DNA of 62,835 bases, counting the filler, from Octopus bimaculoides (Eukaryota), in assembly GCF_001194135.2 (NCBI RefSeq). It is 7 parts of 5 records of this genome, joined end to end, with 100 filler letters (N's around TTAATTAATTAA, not from the genome) between each part and the next. Parts side by side here need not be neighbours in the genome. Positions count along the whole stretch, not along the records: positions 30,231 to 43,968 come from NC_069006.1; positions 44,069 to 54,666 come from NC_068985.1; 5 more parts are not named here. One strand, 5' to 3'. Below are positions 38,196-52,629 of this stretch, one piece after another (the first letter of the stretch is position 1; each line of letters starts with the position of its first letter). The translations under genes were made by a program, and so were the position numbers. The notes under the pieces are model-generated. The model saw nothing but the letters and a program-made list of their open reading frames with translations. It did not search any database and had not been told where the DNA came from.

Positions 38196-39119
38196 ATATA
38201 TATATATATATATATACATGTATTTTTATATATATACATATATACATATATATATATATTATATACACACATGCATACATATATGTATGCACATGTACAC
38301 ATACTTATACGTGTGTGTGTACATACATAGAATCATAAAAAGGAGAAAGGAGAATACGTAGACAGTAATGCAATTAGAACGAAGAAGGATGCTGTGCTGT
38401 TTGCAAGCTGAAATTTCGTGCGTCGTTACCCTAATATACGCTCGCCGATCTTCAGACAATAAATGGCCGAAGATTGGCCAGAAAAAAATTGGTATTGTGT
38501 TGTGTTTGTGCATGTATGTATATATATATATATATATAAAGACAGAGAGAGGGAGAGGGAGAGAGAGAGAGACAGACAGACAGAGAACGAGTTTAGACCC
38601 TCTTCATATTAGATCAAATTTATTCTTAAATGTGTATAGTATTTTTTTGCTGACTCTGAGCTTCGCTATTTTCTGTCAGTTTTTATTTAATCTTTATTTC
38701 GCCGCCATTTTAATACAATATTCATAATAATAATAAATTGGGACCAGTTATATCATGTATGATATCTCTGACAAGCTTCCGTCGGCCCAAGAACATTCAA
38801 AGGCAAAATAAGTCCACATTGATGCTACAAACAAAGCCTTCGTCGTCGCCATCACTACCACCACCACCACCACCACCACCAGACCATCAGCACAACAACA
38901 ACAACAATAGCTACAATTATCAACAACTGTACTTCCAATATAAAGTAGGAAGCAAAAACGACCACAAGAACAATTCTATCAAAATTGGCTGCGTGGATGA
39001 CATCGCCACCACCACTACCATCATCACCACAATTTCTGCCACAACCGCAACCATTATTATCGCCACCACCACCACCACCACCACCACCACCACCAGCAGC
39101 ATTACTACATCGGATACAT

Positions 39120-39153
<34 letters not shown>

Positions 39154-40265
39154 GTCATCAACATTGACAAGCAACAGCGGCAACAATCGCTCGACAATTA
39201 TATCACAATCATCATCATCACATCATCATCATCATCATCATCATTACCATCATTATCATCATCATCATTATCGTCACCACAACCATCATCATCATCGTCA
39301 TCGTCCTCATTGTCATCGGCGTCGTCGTCATCATCATCATCATCATCATGACCGTCATCAGTAGAACTACAACTACCATCTATAACAACAACAACAACAA
39401 CTACAACAACAATCAGCGATAATATCCGCAACAGCCACAACACGAATACGAATCTCAGTAAGAATTATATCACAAATCCCACGCTCCCCCCCCCTCCCCT
39501 CAGCCCCATCGCCACTACTCCGAACACCAACACCACCAGAATCACCACCACGACCGCCACCAGCCCTACCACCCCACGTCAACAACAACAACAACAACTA
39601 CAACAACAATCAGCGATAATATCCGCAACAGCCACAACANNNNNNNNNNNNNNNNNNNNNNNNNNNNNNNNNNNNNNNNNNNNNNNNNNNNNNNNNNNNN
39701 NNNNNNNNNNNNNNNNNNNNNNNNNNNNNNNNNNNNNNNNNNNNNNNNNNNNNNNNNNNNNNNNNNNNNNNNNNNNNNNNNNNNNNNNNNNNNNNNNNNN
39801 NNNNNNNNNNNNNNNNNNNNNNNNNNNNNNNNNNNNNNNNNNNNNNNNNNNNNNNNNNNNNNNNNNNNNNNNNNNNNNNNNNNNNNNNNNNNNNNNNNNN
39901 NNNNNNNNNNNNNNNNNNNNNNNNNNNNNNNNNNNNNNNNNNNNNNNNNNNNNNNNNNNNNNNNNNNNNNNNNNNNNNNNNNNNNNNNNNNNNNNNNNNN
40001 NNNNNNNNNNNNNNNNNNNNNNNNNNNNNNNNNNNNNNNNNNNNNNNNNNNNNNNNNNNNNNNNNNNNNNNNNNNNNNNNNNNNATACCACCGCACCCGT
40101 ACCATCTAACTTTCCCCCATTACTTCACTCTCACAATCTCGAGATTGCTACACCACCAACTCTTCCAGCTCTCTCATTCGAAACCCTTTTTCGCATATCT
40201 GCATCTTCACCTCTTTCTCCAACTGCTTTCCTCTCTCTGACTCTCCTCTTTTCCGCATGTAATAT

Positions 40266-40318
<53 letters not shown>

Positions 40319-40401
40319 CACATGTATAGATATGTGTATGCATGTATATATAAGCATATACATAACACATATGCAATAAAACAATATATGTGTATATCCC
40401 A

Positions 40402-40725
40402 GCACTTCGTCGGTTACGACGAAGAGGGTTCCAGTTGATCCGATCAACGGAATAGCCTGCTTGTGAAATTAACGTGCAAGTGGCTGAGCACTCCACAGAC
40501 ACGTGTATCCTTAACATAGTTCTCGGGGATATTCAGCGTGACACAGTGTGACAAGGCTGGCCCTTTTAATTACAGGCACAACAGAAACAAGAAGAAAGAG
40601 TGAGAGAAAGTTGTGGTGAAAGAGTACAGCATGGTTTGCCACCACCTCCTGCCGGAGCCTTAGGCGTTGTCGGTCAATAAACAGTCACAACGCCCGGCCT
40701 GGGAATCGAAACCGCGATCCTACGA
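40402..40725 (-). mobile_element. SINE family B copy with internal deletion
   Basis: Reverse complement of the family B body from ccctcttcgtcgtaaccgacg to cgcggtttcgattcccag. Confidence 0.8.
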
Positions 40726-43700
40726 ACACCAGCATGACTGTAGTCTAATGACTAAAACAAGTAAAAGATTTTTAAAATACCTCTTTTTAAGACTGACGTA
40801 GTGTGCTAGAGATAGATTTCGCTGGTGTTTCTAGCATTTCGGCGGTAGTGTGCTCTGGTATTTAATCCAAGGTTTAATCCAAGACAACCGCGATCTCCAG
40901 ATCACAAGAGCAACACTCATATATATGATACTTCTTAGATTCAGAATACATTCTCTCTATGTGTATATACATATTTGTGTGTATAAATGTATATTTATGT
41001 GTATATATACATGTACAATTATATATAGATACACGCTTATATAACACGTACTTAATCGCATGCATATGTTGATATCGTAAATGAAAGCGAAGGAAGTATA
41101 TAAATTTAATAATTATGTTGGCTATTTATCGTGAATCTATGGACAACAGGTGGTAATAAGCGAGCGCTATGATAGCAACTATGTTATATAATAAATGAAG
41201 ATGGGAGGATAAATGTGTACACTTCCAGGGACAATAGATGTTAATGAGGAAATTTAGGATTGGTCTCTGCAGTAGTTTATAATGATGTGAACAACACAGC
41301 AGGTCTGAAGTCTGCGATGTAATGTTTATGATGCGGGAAATAATGGAGGAGATTAGGAAAGCGGAGAGGAGGAAAGAGAGAGTGGGAGAGAGAGGAGGGG
41401 TGAGAGTGGGAGAGGTAGAAGATGACGTAGGTGGTAGAGGAGGCGATAGAAGAAGGGGAGGATGAGGAGGGGAAGGTAGAAATCTTGAAAATGAGGAAGA
41501 AGGTGATGAATGTGCAGGAGGAAGACGCGGAAGAAGAGAAGGAAAGAAGAAGATGAGCGGGGCAAGGGGTAAGTGATGTGGTAGAAGGAATAGAAGAGCT
41601 GGCGGAAACGTTAGCACGCCGGGCGAAATGCTTAGCTGTATTTCGTCTGCCGTTACGTTCTGAGTTCAAATTCCGCCGAGGTCGACTTTGCCTTTCATCC
41701 TTTCGGGGTCGATAAATAAAGTACCAGTTACGCACTGGAGTCGATGTAATCGACTTAACCCCTTTGTCTGTCCTTGTTTGTCCCCTCTATGTTTAGCCCC
41801 TTGTGGGCAGTAAAGAAATAATAAAGAAATAAGAAGGAATAGATGAGATAAGGAGGAGGAGGGGGAAGGAGGAGAAGGAGGCGGTAGAGGAGCAGAAAGA
41901 GATGGAGGGAGAGGGAAAAGACAGAAAGGAGAAAGAGGGGAAGAGAAGGTGGTCATTGGTGCAGCGCTGCCCCCTGTATATTGCTAGCAGAGGGAGCGAA
42001 ACCCTACCATCCTCTTGCAGACAACGGGATCATGAGACTGACTCAGGCTCTTCATCAGTCGCGAGTGCATTTACTTAGCGGTTCGGCAAAAGAGACAAAT
42101 ACAATAAGTAGCAGGTTTCAAAAATAAGTATTGGGGTTGATTTATTCGATTAAAAAAATTCAAGGTGGTGCCCCAGTATGGCCGCAGCGAGAAATATATA
42201 TTCCTACCGTTTTGTTATGGACAAGTATTATTAACATTAAAAAAAATCAGCTTTATTTTTTTTTTCCATCTTTTTACTAAATTTGTAACTTGAATATTAT
42301 TTTCATTTTTCATCCAAAGCTATTTTATGTCTGGTGCATCACGAAGTCAAAACGATCGAACGTTATTGCTTTGGATAAAAACTTCTTTAAAAAACCCCAA
42401 GAAACAAAAGGAAAAACAAATCCCAAACTCGTGGCTGGAAGAATTGCTTACACAGAGACAACACAAGGCCAGACAATAACCACAATAAAACCAACAAAAT
42501 GTGTATTCATTCAATCAAATATCTCTCGCCAACCCTAACATCCGAGTTACAGAATGACCCGTTACCGGAACTGAACATACGTAATTCCAAACCGAACTTT
42601 ATACGAGTCATATCATCAATCATTGAAGACCCCCTACTGGGGTTAGATAAAGGTAGTGGTGTGAGGGTGGGAAATTTCAGGGGGTGAACGTGTGTGTAAG
42701 GGAGTCAGGTTATCATTTTTATCTTTCATTTTACAGGTCATTGAATGAGATTCGCCATTTTGATAAGATTGTGTGTTAGTTGTTGGTTTTTTGGGGGTGG
42801 GGGGACTTTTTTTCTTTAGTTTTGCTTGCAACGAATGAGAGATGGGGATGGAGGATGGTTAGAAGAAGGAAGAAATGAAACAAAGGATAGGAAGAAAGAA
42901 ATTTAAAGAAGAAAAAAAAGGGATGGAAAGTAATAAGGAACTAAAAGAGAAACAAGAATAATAAAAAAAAAGCGGAAAGAAATAATAGGAGAATGAAGAG
43001 ACAAAGAAAGAGAGAAAGATAAAGTGAAATAGAAGAAGAGAAAGAAAAGGAACGGGAAAATAGATAAAGAAAGAAAACAAAAAGAAGAATGAGAGACCGA
43101 ATAGAAAACAGGAAAAAGGAAATTAATGCACGTCTTTTCATTCTAAGTTCAAATACCAGCGAGGTCAAATTTCGTGGCGAGCTAGCGAAGTCTTCACAGC
43201 GCCGGACAAAATGTTTAGCGGCATTTTTATCCGCCTTTATGTTCTGAGTTCAAATTCCGTCGAGGTTGACTTTGAATTCACCCTTTCGAGATCGATAAAA
43301 TAAGTACCAGTAGAAACATTGGGCGGGGTGGGGGTGGAATGTCCCTCCTCTAAAATTGCCGGCCTTGTACCAAAATTTGAAATGAATATATTAATATAAA
43401 TTCAAGCGGTGAGCTCTCAGAATTATCACCATGCCGGACAAAATGTTTAGCAGCATTCCATCCGCCTTTTTAATATGAGTTCGAATTCCAACAAGGTCGA
43501 CCTTAGTTTTTATACTTTCGGGGGTCAATGAAATACGTACCAGTAGAGTACTGAGGTCGCTTTAATCGACATATCGCTTCCCCCAAAATTGCCGGCCTTG
43601 TGCAATAAGTGAAAGCAGTCGCTAGATTTATTATTATATTCTCTACAGGAAATCTCAAACCTTAATAAGTTAAAAGTGCTTTGACCAGACACGCTGAGCA

Positions 43701-44068
43701 CGTTGCGCTTTCTCTTGTATTATTTCAGTCTTAGGAGATATAATTGCTGGATTACAGCTTAGGCAAAGGTTAAATTAACATATAATTAGCTTTAATCTCA
43801 CTGTATTTGTCGAATTTAACTTCAATACAGCGAAAAGTATATATAATTTATATTTTGTACACTACTTGCTTATGAAATAATCTCAAATATATTTTTTAAT
43901 TGGGGTATATAGAAATAGAACAATGAAATACATACATATACGTGTGTGTGTGTATATATATACAGATCNNNNNNNNNNNNNNNNNNNNNNNNNNNNNNNN
44001 NNNNNNNNNNNNTTAATTAATTAANNNNNNNNNNNNNNNNNNNNNNNNNNNNNNNNNNNNNNNNNNNN

Positions 44069-44104
<36 letters not shown>

Positions 44105-45079
44105 CTATATATATATATTTGTGTGTGTGTATGTGTGTATTTATATATATGTGTATATAAAGTTTTGTATAAACGGCCACATTTACACACACGTGCATAC
44201 GCACACACCCACAGAAAAGCATATACATCTACGCATATTCATATGCATCCGTATATGTATGTATATATAGATATGCATATATATGTATATATTATACGTA
44301 TACATATATATATGTGTGTGTGTATGCGTGAACATACACATATACGTTTATTTATGATTCTTCAATTATGTAATATATGTACATGCTTATATATATATAT
44401 ATGTGTGTATATATGTCGTATATATAGAAACACACACGCATTGCATATTTAGTATTTCTAAAAGATTAATATCCACTAAGATAATGGAAAATATCTTCTT
44501 TTTCTTGAAAACAACCCTTGATAGATTAGCGGAGGATTAATAAAGATTGAAATACACATGCATACACACATGCAGCGTAGAGACACATGTAGCGCATAGA
44601 CTCATGTAGCGCAGACACACACAGACGTACAGAGTCAGCTGAAAGCACACAGTACACTTTCTACGATCTCACTATATATACACTCACACACCTCCATACA
44701 TATATTCGAGCATAGATGCATATGTATAAACTCACACGCATATACATAAACACACGGACACACACACGCACACACACACACACACATATATATACATATT
44801 ATGTGTATTATATGTTATATCAAATATATATATATATACACACACACATATACACACACACACACACATACACTCACTCACACACACACACACACACACA
44901 CATATATACACACCTCCATACATATATTCGAGCATACATGCATACGTATAAACTCACACGCTCATATATAAACACATAGATACATATATATACATAATAT
45001 GTGTATTATATATATATATATACACACACACCACATACATAATAAGACTAGAAAAAGATGAAAAAATATGAAAATGAAA

Positions 45080-45760
45080 AGATGAGATGGTTCTAAGAAG
45101 TCGGAAGCTGCTCAGTTTCACTGGAGATATTCTCATCATTTTAAATGTAATCAGGTTATTTGCCTTTATCAATGAGGGCAATCATCGATTACATTTGTAC
45201 GGAACATCATATGACACTCCGAGATGTAACACTGACGTAATGTCATCAGCAGGAGACGAAATGTCAGCGATTGCATCTTTCAATAAGCAAAAATCAAAAC
45301 AAAACTGTCGATAGGATAGGTCATGAAATTGAAGCTAAACATGAAATAAAATCTGACACAGATCTGTTTGTAAGGAACGTTGGAAAATAATAGTTAATAG
45401 GAGATCAAAGCGACTGGTTGGGAAGAATATACGAGAATACTGGATAGCAAGAGAGCAAAATATAGAGGGAATAAAGTGAACTAAATACGTCGAAATGGAT
45501 ATTGATAAATGTGTAACATCTGAAGAGTTAGCGCCATGTTGTCCTGAAGTAAAATATGTCCATCCAGTACCGTATAGACTAAAGGAAAACGAAACATCGA
45601 CGGGAAACATAGCCAAATGTGAAGGAATGTCGTGAAAATACAACTGCATAACGAGGCTTGATGTGATGGCCAGAGCAATTTAGAGTTGAGTGAGGCAGAA
45701 AATGTTAACAAATAATGTGAAGCGTATTGAGAACGACGGTCCAAAATGAAAACAAAAAAG
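45080..45760 (+). mobile_element. Highly degenerate RTE-like LINE RT and C-terminal remnant
   Basis: LLSFTGDILII (YADD-motif-like), IGHEIEAK, GNIAKCEG and LELSEAENV occur in the expected order, with many stops. Confidence 0.4.
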
Positions 45761-46220
45761 AGCAACTAAATTCTAAACACAACCTGCCCGACATTGTTAT
45801 CTGGAATTTAATTTAAGAGGTGGGCCTAAACGAGTAATTTCTGATTTCTTGTTATTTTTTCCCTACTTGTTTTAAATTATTATAATGCAAGTACTTCACC
45901 ATCATTTTGTACTGTTGCATCATCTGCAGGAGTAAAACTTGGTCAGCATTGCTGTTGTTGTTGTTGTTGCTGAAGCTAAGAGAGTTTGAAACATAGGTGA
46001 CAGGTACTTTTTTTCAAGACACTTTCTCTCAGGTTTGACCCGATTGCAACTGAGGCTGCTAATTAAATAAAGTTTGGTGCATAACAATCAATATTCTTTT
46101 CTCTGTTGGAGTCCAAATAAATTTATTTCCCCACCAAAGTCTAATTTGATAATTAGATAGTCTAAAGTGGGGCAAAATGAGTCATGACTAATTTCAATAA
46201 CTTCTCTTTCACTGGGTGTT

Positions 46221-46535
46221 GGAGGCGCAATGGCCCAGTGGTTAGGGCAGCGGACTCGCGGTCGTAGGATCGCAGTTTCGATTCCAAGACCGGGGGGGCT
46301 GGGAGTGTTTATTGAGCGAAAACACCTAAAGATCCACGATGCTCCGGCAGGGGGTGGTGGTGAACCCTGCTGCTGTCTTTCACCACAACTTTCTCTTACG
46401 TTTTCTTCCTGTTTCTGTTGTACCTGTATTTCAAAAGGCCAGCCTTGTCACACTCTGTGTCACGCTGAATCTCCCCGAGAACTACGTTGAGGGTACACGT
46501 GTCTGTGGAGTGCTCAGTCAGTTACACGTTAATAA
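46221..46535 (+). mobile_element. SINE family B copy, 3'-truncated
   Basis: ggaggcgcaatggcccagtggttagggcagcggactcgcgg... matches 28703 onward. Confidence 0.85.
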
Positions 46536-47319
46536 ATGAGCTGCGACGTCACTGGTGCCAAGCTGTATCGGCCCCTTTGCCTTTCCCTTGGGTAACATCG
46601 GTGGCGTGGAGATGGGAGGCTGGTATGCATGGGCCACTGCTGGTCTTTCATAAACAACCTTGCCTGGACTTGTGCCTGGGAGAGTAACTTTTTAGGTGTA
46701 ATCTCATGGTCATCTATCTATATACTTATATAATTATTACAAATTAAAAGGGTAAAGGATTATCAATTTATTAATTAATAAATCAATTAATAATTAATAA
46801 TTTTTACCAAGCCCATCGGTATGAAAGCACCATTATTGGTGGAGAACTTATTTAAAAGTTCATATATTTATAAATATAATTAAGGGATCAGCAAAATATT
46901 TGCTTCACTCTTAATTATATACTTATNNNNNNNNNNNNNNNNNNNNNNNNNNNNNNNNNNNNNNNNNNNNNNNNNNNNNNNNNNNNNNNNNNNNNNNNNN
47001 NNNNNNNNNNNNNNNNNNNNNNNNNNNNNNNNNNNNNNNNNNNNNNNNNNNNNNNNNNNNNNNNNNNNNNNNNNNNNNNNNNNNNNNNNNNNNNNNNNNN
47101 NNNNNNNNNNNNATTATTATTTATCATTTTTTATGTTCGAGAAAAAACCCCCCGGAGAAACTGACATACGTGTCTATAAGTCAGCTTCTCCGCTTTCGTT
47201 TTTCTCATACACCCCCCATATATATATATACACACACATACATCTTCACACACACACACACACACACATATATGTGGAATAATGTTTGCCTCTGAAACCC
47301 TCTTCCGAAGAGATGATTG

Positions 47320-47602
47320 TCTGAAGGCGCTAAATCTGGTCAGTGTGGAGGTAGTGAAGAAGTGGCTCAAAGAACAGTCAACAGGATTTTACGGGGCAGG
47401 GATACATGCTCTCATTCGAAGCTGGAACGTTGCTATTGAGAGAAACGGTGATTATGTTGAGAAGTAGGGATGTGATTCACAGAGGACCAGCTTCATTTTG
47501 ATGCATGATACATGTTCCTGTGTTGGTAATTATACCTGTCCTAAACAAAATGGCATCAGTTTTTGACTGATGTTTTTGACTGACTACATACACACCCTCG
47601 TG
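47320..47602 (+). mobile_element. 3' end of a mariner element
   Basis: EVVKKWLKEQSTGFYGAGIHALIRSWNVAIERNGDYVEK* is a typical mariner C-terminus. It is followed by a disrupted TIR-like ttttgactga...ccctcgt. Confidence 0.75.
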
Positions 47603-48118
47603 TGTGTGTATGTAGATGTGTGTATATATATATGTATAGTGAAAAGAGAGAGACAGAGAAAAGGAGGTAGAGGGAAATAGAGAGAGAGTGAAAGAGGGAG
47701 GAGAAGGAGAGAGAGAAGTATAGATGAAGAAAGATATACGATGCAGTGTTAACGACCGAATAGAAAAGTTAGCTGCTATAACTAATTAGAAAACAAAGAC
47801 AAATTCATTACTGGTTGAATGAAGTCATTACCTGCAACAATAAAATATATTTTAATGAACCGAGAAATATAAAGTTTGATTCTTCACGTCAAAAGCTCAT
47901 ACTGAAATTACATAAAAAGAATTTTAAAATAAAATCCAAAAGTAATAAAAATAACAGCCAAATACATTTTCTCTTTATTCCCAGTGCCAGGTAAAGAGAG
48001 TTCACTGTTATGACAGATAACGATTAACCATCGTGTGTGCCTAATTATGATGTCTAATAAACCAACCAGCGACCTCCTCCTTAGTATTATTACAAATAAG
48101 GTGGTTTTCCCACGACAG

Positions 48119-48609
48119 TTCCGGATTCCAGTTATGAACTCATTTGCATACAGCTCAACTGCTCAAATACAGCTCAAATCAGAGCTCAACTATCAAAGTA
48201 ATTTATGGCCCATAAGTGATGCGCGATGAGATAAGGTCACTTGGGTAAGGAGTGACCAAGCTTCTTTTCTTTTTTTAAGAATGCTTGTTGTTCTTGTTCT
48301 TGTTTCAACCATGGCTGTCTCTGTGTAGTTATGTGTGTTGTTGTTTACTTTGTAAAACAATAAGGGGAGATGGTTGCTAGCGCATCACCCTCTACCCACA
48401 TCCGATAAATCCGATAATAGGTATAGATGCAAATCTATCTAATTACTTGTCTCCTTCTAAAATTAGGCATAACTTGGGCGACCGGTCGACTTACAGCACC
48501 GTTCTTCCTCTTAAGTTTTCTTGGTAGAGTTTGTTTGCTAACTTGACAACAAGGTCAGGGTGAGCTCTGATAAGCTGTATGCAAATGAGTTCATTAGTGG
48601 GGTCCGGAA
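48119..48609. mobile_element. ~490-bp element with 37-bp imperfect terminal inverted repeats (MITE-like)
   Basis: 48119-48155 versus the reverse complement of 48573-48609 matches at 33/37, with a perfect 22-bp core atgaactcatttgcatacagct. No TSD was identified. Confidence 0.5.
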
Positions 48610-49520
48610 TTTCGCTAGCGGGCCGGGCAAGATGCTTATCGGCATTTCGTCATTTTTAGCGTTCTGAGTTCAAATTCCGCTGAGGTCGACTTTGCCTTTC
48701 ATCCTTTCGGGGTCGATAAAATAAATCCCATTTGAGCTCTGGGATCAATTTAATCGACTTCTGACCTTGTGTCAAAATTTGGAACCAATATATATGTTGG
48801 CAGAATCGTTAGCATTCCGGATAAACTGCTTAGCGACATTTCGTCTGTATTTGAGTTCTGAATTGAAACTCCGCCGAGGTCGACTTTGCTTTTCTTCCTT
48901 TTGGGGTCGATAAAATAAGTAAAATCGACTTAACCCCTACCCCGACACTGCTGGATTAGTAGACGTAGTGATAGTACTAGCAGTAGTAGTGGTAGCAGCA
49001 GCAGCAGCAGTAGCAGCAGCAGCAGTAGTAGTTGTAGTAGTAGTAGTTAGTAGTAGTAGTAGTAGTAGTAGTGATAGTCTGCTGTTGTAACAAAAGGAAA
49101 ACAGCAGCAGCTTAGATATTTTTGTTTGAATAACTTACACGACCTTTTGTCTAATCTAATCTTTGCAGAAGCTATTTGGTAGAAACTATCACCAGTGGAC
49201 AGGCATCAATCGAACCATTGGAAAGAGATAAATAAATGAATTACTCATAACTTTACATATTGCCGAATTGATCCACGAGCAAAAATGGCGGATTCTCTCT
49301 GCTTATCGATCGAGCAAAATAAAAGTCTAGAAATAAAATATACGAAACCTTAACTAAATAATAAACAAATTTGATTAATAAGACGTTAATATTGTTTCTG
49401 TTTTGTGGCAGACAGACCAGACAAATAATGCTTCCGGCTATTATGAATTTAAGTGTATATTTATAAATGGTTAGATAGATCTATTTTATCATTGTAACGG
49501 GCACACAGAAAGGCACATGC

Positions 49521-49584
<64 letters not shown>

Positions 49585-49821
49585 GTTCATACACAATTAC
49601 ACAGATATAAACACACATCTTCATATATACATTAATGCAAACATTAATTCATGCATATATGCATAAATATATAAGCCCCTTATTAGTATGCCTATATATA
49701 TACATATACATATATAAATATAAATATATATATGTATATATGCACACGCATAGGCATATGCATCTCACTGTATATATATATATATATATATATGCAGAGA
49801 TAGCGAGGGGGAGAGGGAGAA

Positions 49822-49875
<54 letters not shown>

Positions 49876-51083
49876 GGATAGAGAGAGAGAGAGAGAGAGA
49901 GAGAGTGAGAGAGAGAGGGAGTGGTGTAAGCGCCGGTGTGTGTGTATGTGTGTGTGGCATTGCTAGCTCATATTATCCGATTTTTGGCTGTGTAATCGAC
50001 TGGATATAATAATGGAGATAGATAAGAATAATATATCAGTTATCGAATTTTATAAATTTATCAAATTTTAGCCATAATATTGTGTATAATATATCGATTT
50101 TTAAAAACTTCGATCGTTACCTGGAGCCATACATCGTTCGGAACAGTGTATTTCACAATAGTGAGTATATTACTTACAAATTCCAAGGGACGAGATAACA
50201 CGATTACATCGATTCCAATGGTCCGCTGGTATCTATTCTATCGATCACGTTAGGATGAAACACTAAGTTGACCTTAGTGGAATTTGAACTCAGAACGTAA
50301 GGGCAGATGAAATGCTAAATATTTTACCCGGCGTGTTAACAATGCTACCACCTCGCCTGCGTTGCGCTCCCTGAATATTTATTTCTTTATTGCTCACAGG
50401 GGGCTACACACAGAGGGGACAAACAAGGACAGACAAAGAGATTAAGTCGATCATATCGATTCCAGTGCGTAATTGATACCTATTTTATCGAACAGGAAAG
50501 GGTGAAAGGCAAAGTTGACCTCGGCGGAATTTGAACTCAGAACGTAACGGCAGACAAAATACCGCCAAGCATGTTGTCCGGCGTGCTAATGATTCTGCCA
50601 GCTCCACTGAGTTGCAATCGCACAGCATTGGCTTCAATGTCTGGTGCAAACTCAGCAATTACCAGGGAGAAGAAAAGTCGATAACATCAACCCCAGTGTT
50701 CAACTGGTACTCATTTTATCGATCACGTTATGATGAAAGCAAAGTTGACCTTGACAGAATTTGAACTCAGAATATAAAGACAGACGAAATACTGCATTTT
50801 GTCCGGCGTGCTAACGACTTTGCCAGCTTACTGCCTCAACATTGCTTCGTTTATTACAAGTTGTTGTTATTATGCAAAAGTGTCGTAAGTCCGTAGCGTC
50901 GCTTTTTCAGAAAATGAAAGAATAATTCCACCATTCCATAGCAAAAACTCTTGTACTACACTTTGACAATTTTTCTTCTTTTTCTTCTTCTTCTCCTCCT
51001 CCTTCCTATTCCTCCTCCTCCTTCTCCTTCCACCCCCTTTCTCCTTCCTTCTTAGTCTTCCTGTTTCCTCCCCTCTTCCTCCT

Positions 51084-51160
51084 CTTCCTATTCCTCCTCT
51101 TCCTATTCCTCCTCTTCCTATTCTTCCTCTTCCTATTCCTCCTCTTCCTATTCCTCCTCC
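51084..51160. repeat. 15-bp near-homopyrimidine minisatellite, about 5 copies
   Basis: (cttcctattcctcct)5 within a ~220-bp CT-rich tract. Confidence 0.85.
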
Positions 51161-52140
51161 TCCCCTCCTCCCCCTCCTCCTCTTCCCAATTCCCTTCTCA
51201 GGTCATCACCTTAAACCCTAACCCTCATCCCAAATGACTCTTAGACAGACATCAATGTCACACATTGTCACAACCCATTCTCTTCTTTCTATTTCCTTCT
51301 GTAGCTTCACCCCAGCTCACTTTCCATTAAAAACGTTCAACTTTTGAGTATTTTTCCCTTCCTTTCAGAAATTCATCGAAAGCAATATTCTGGTATCAAT
51401 ATCCATTCTTTTTTAAAACAGTAAATTGTTTTTTCGGGGGATTTGGTTGCCATTTTAGCATGTCGAGCGATCAAGTAAAGACCCCCTTAGGTGATTTGCC
51501 AAGAGTTTGTTTTTAAATTTTAATGATTTTCATGTGTCACGCAAATCCCACGTGTTTGTGGGATTAGAAGAGAGAAATGTGCCGATTTAACCGCCTCCGT
51601 CGCCATTTGACCTCCATTTCTTCTATAGACCTGGAAAGGATGGATAAAAAAGACGATTGTCAGGGACGTAAAAGGATGTAACTAAATACTGTAAGGGATT
51701 TTATCCAGCCCTTTACTGATCTGTCGATTGATATCTCTTTGTTTGAAATTATAATGGCTTTTAAGATCCTTTTTATCAGCGCGTTTTATTATTTCACCCC
51801 CAACTCTTTCACTGCTAAATGCTGCGCCAATGACAGCTTAATGCCGTATCAATCAATCGTTTGATGGTTTTATTCCGAAAACGATTTGTATTCATGACTA
51901 CGCCTGATAGTCTTCTCAACTCCTTCTGTGTCTTATTAAGCGATTTCCATGGGGCTAAAACACGTGACTTCGATCGATTGAATTATTAATTCTGAACAGA
52001 TTAGATTTGAAATTTAAAAAAATAAGAAGTTGTTAATTCTGCACAAGTTAGAAACGAAATTCTGAACAAAAAATAAAAAATGTTTAACAAAGTTTACGTT
52101 TTAATCTAAAGACATAAATTGTTAACTCGAAAAGGATATA

Positions 52141-52629
52141 CCGTAAATCCTCGAGTATAGTCCGCCCTTGAGTATAATACGCAGGGGATTTTTTAGGGGT
52201 CTGTACCTCTCAAAAACCTAAACCTTGTGTGTAATATGTACCCCTTCTCTAACTTGAGTCAAGGAGGTCTACATAACGTCCTTGGTTTGGAAACATATAT
52301 ACGGTAACGTCCTTTATTATTATTCTATATATAACATAATGCAAACGTGTAGCTCTTTGTGCTCTTTGTTTGCAGAAAATAAAGAAATAACAGTAATAAC
52401 GTCAGTGAAAACTAAATATTAAGTAAATTGCCTTTCACATATTTATCACTATCAGTTACAAGCCCGAAATCACAAAATGCGCCTGAATAAACATTGCCGG
52501 ACAGCAAATAGAGACTCAGACATTGCTTAGAAAATATTTTTCATTTTTAACCTCGTATATAGTACGCACTAGGGATTTTGACCTTTAAATTTTGGGGATA
52601 AAATGCGGATTATACTCCAGGATTTACGG
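52141..52629. mobile_element. Non-autonomous Tc1/pogo-type MITE, 489 bp
   Basis: TIRs ccgtaaatcctcgagtatagtccgc / ccgtaaatcctggagtataatccgc with TA TSD (52139-40, 52630-31); no ORF. Confidence 0.85.

Noticed and set aside
38738-39597. Thr/Ser/His-rich and Asp-rich ORFs (also 22770-23112, 25561-25912, 32580-32963, 41126-41617)
   Set aside because: These are translations of compound trinucleotide microsatellites and purine tracts, with no domain signature or convincing splice context.
39361-39639. Duplication of a ~60-bp CAA-rich segment (about 39380-39440 and 39580-39639)
   Set aside because: The second copy ends exactly at a gap, so it is probably a contig-end overlap or simple slippage.
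45900-45925. 24-nt phase-1 micro-exon candidate (DATVQND) on the minus strand
   Set aside because: The donor is weak (GTGAAG), there is no domain support, and it is separated from the astacin gene by an artificial spacer.
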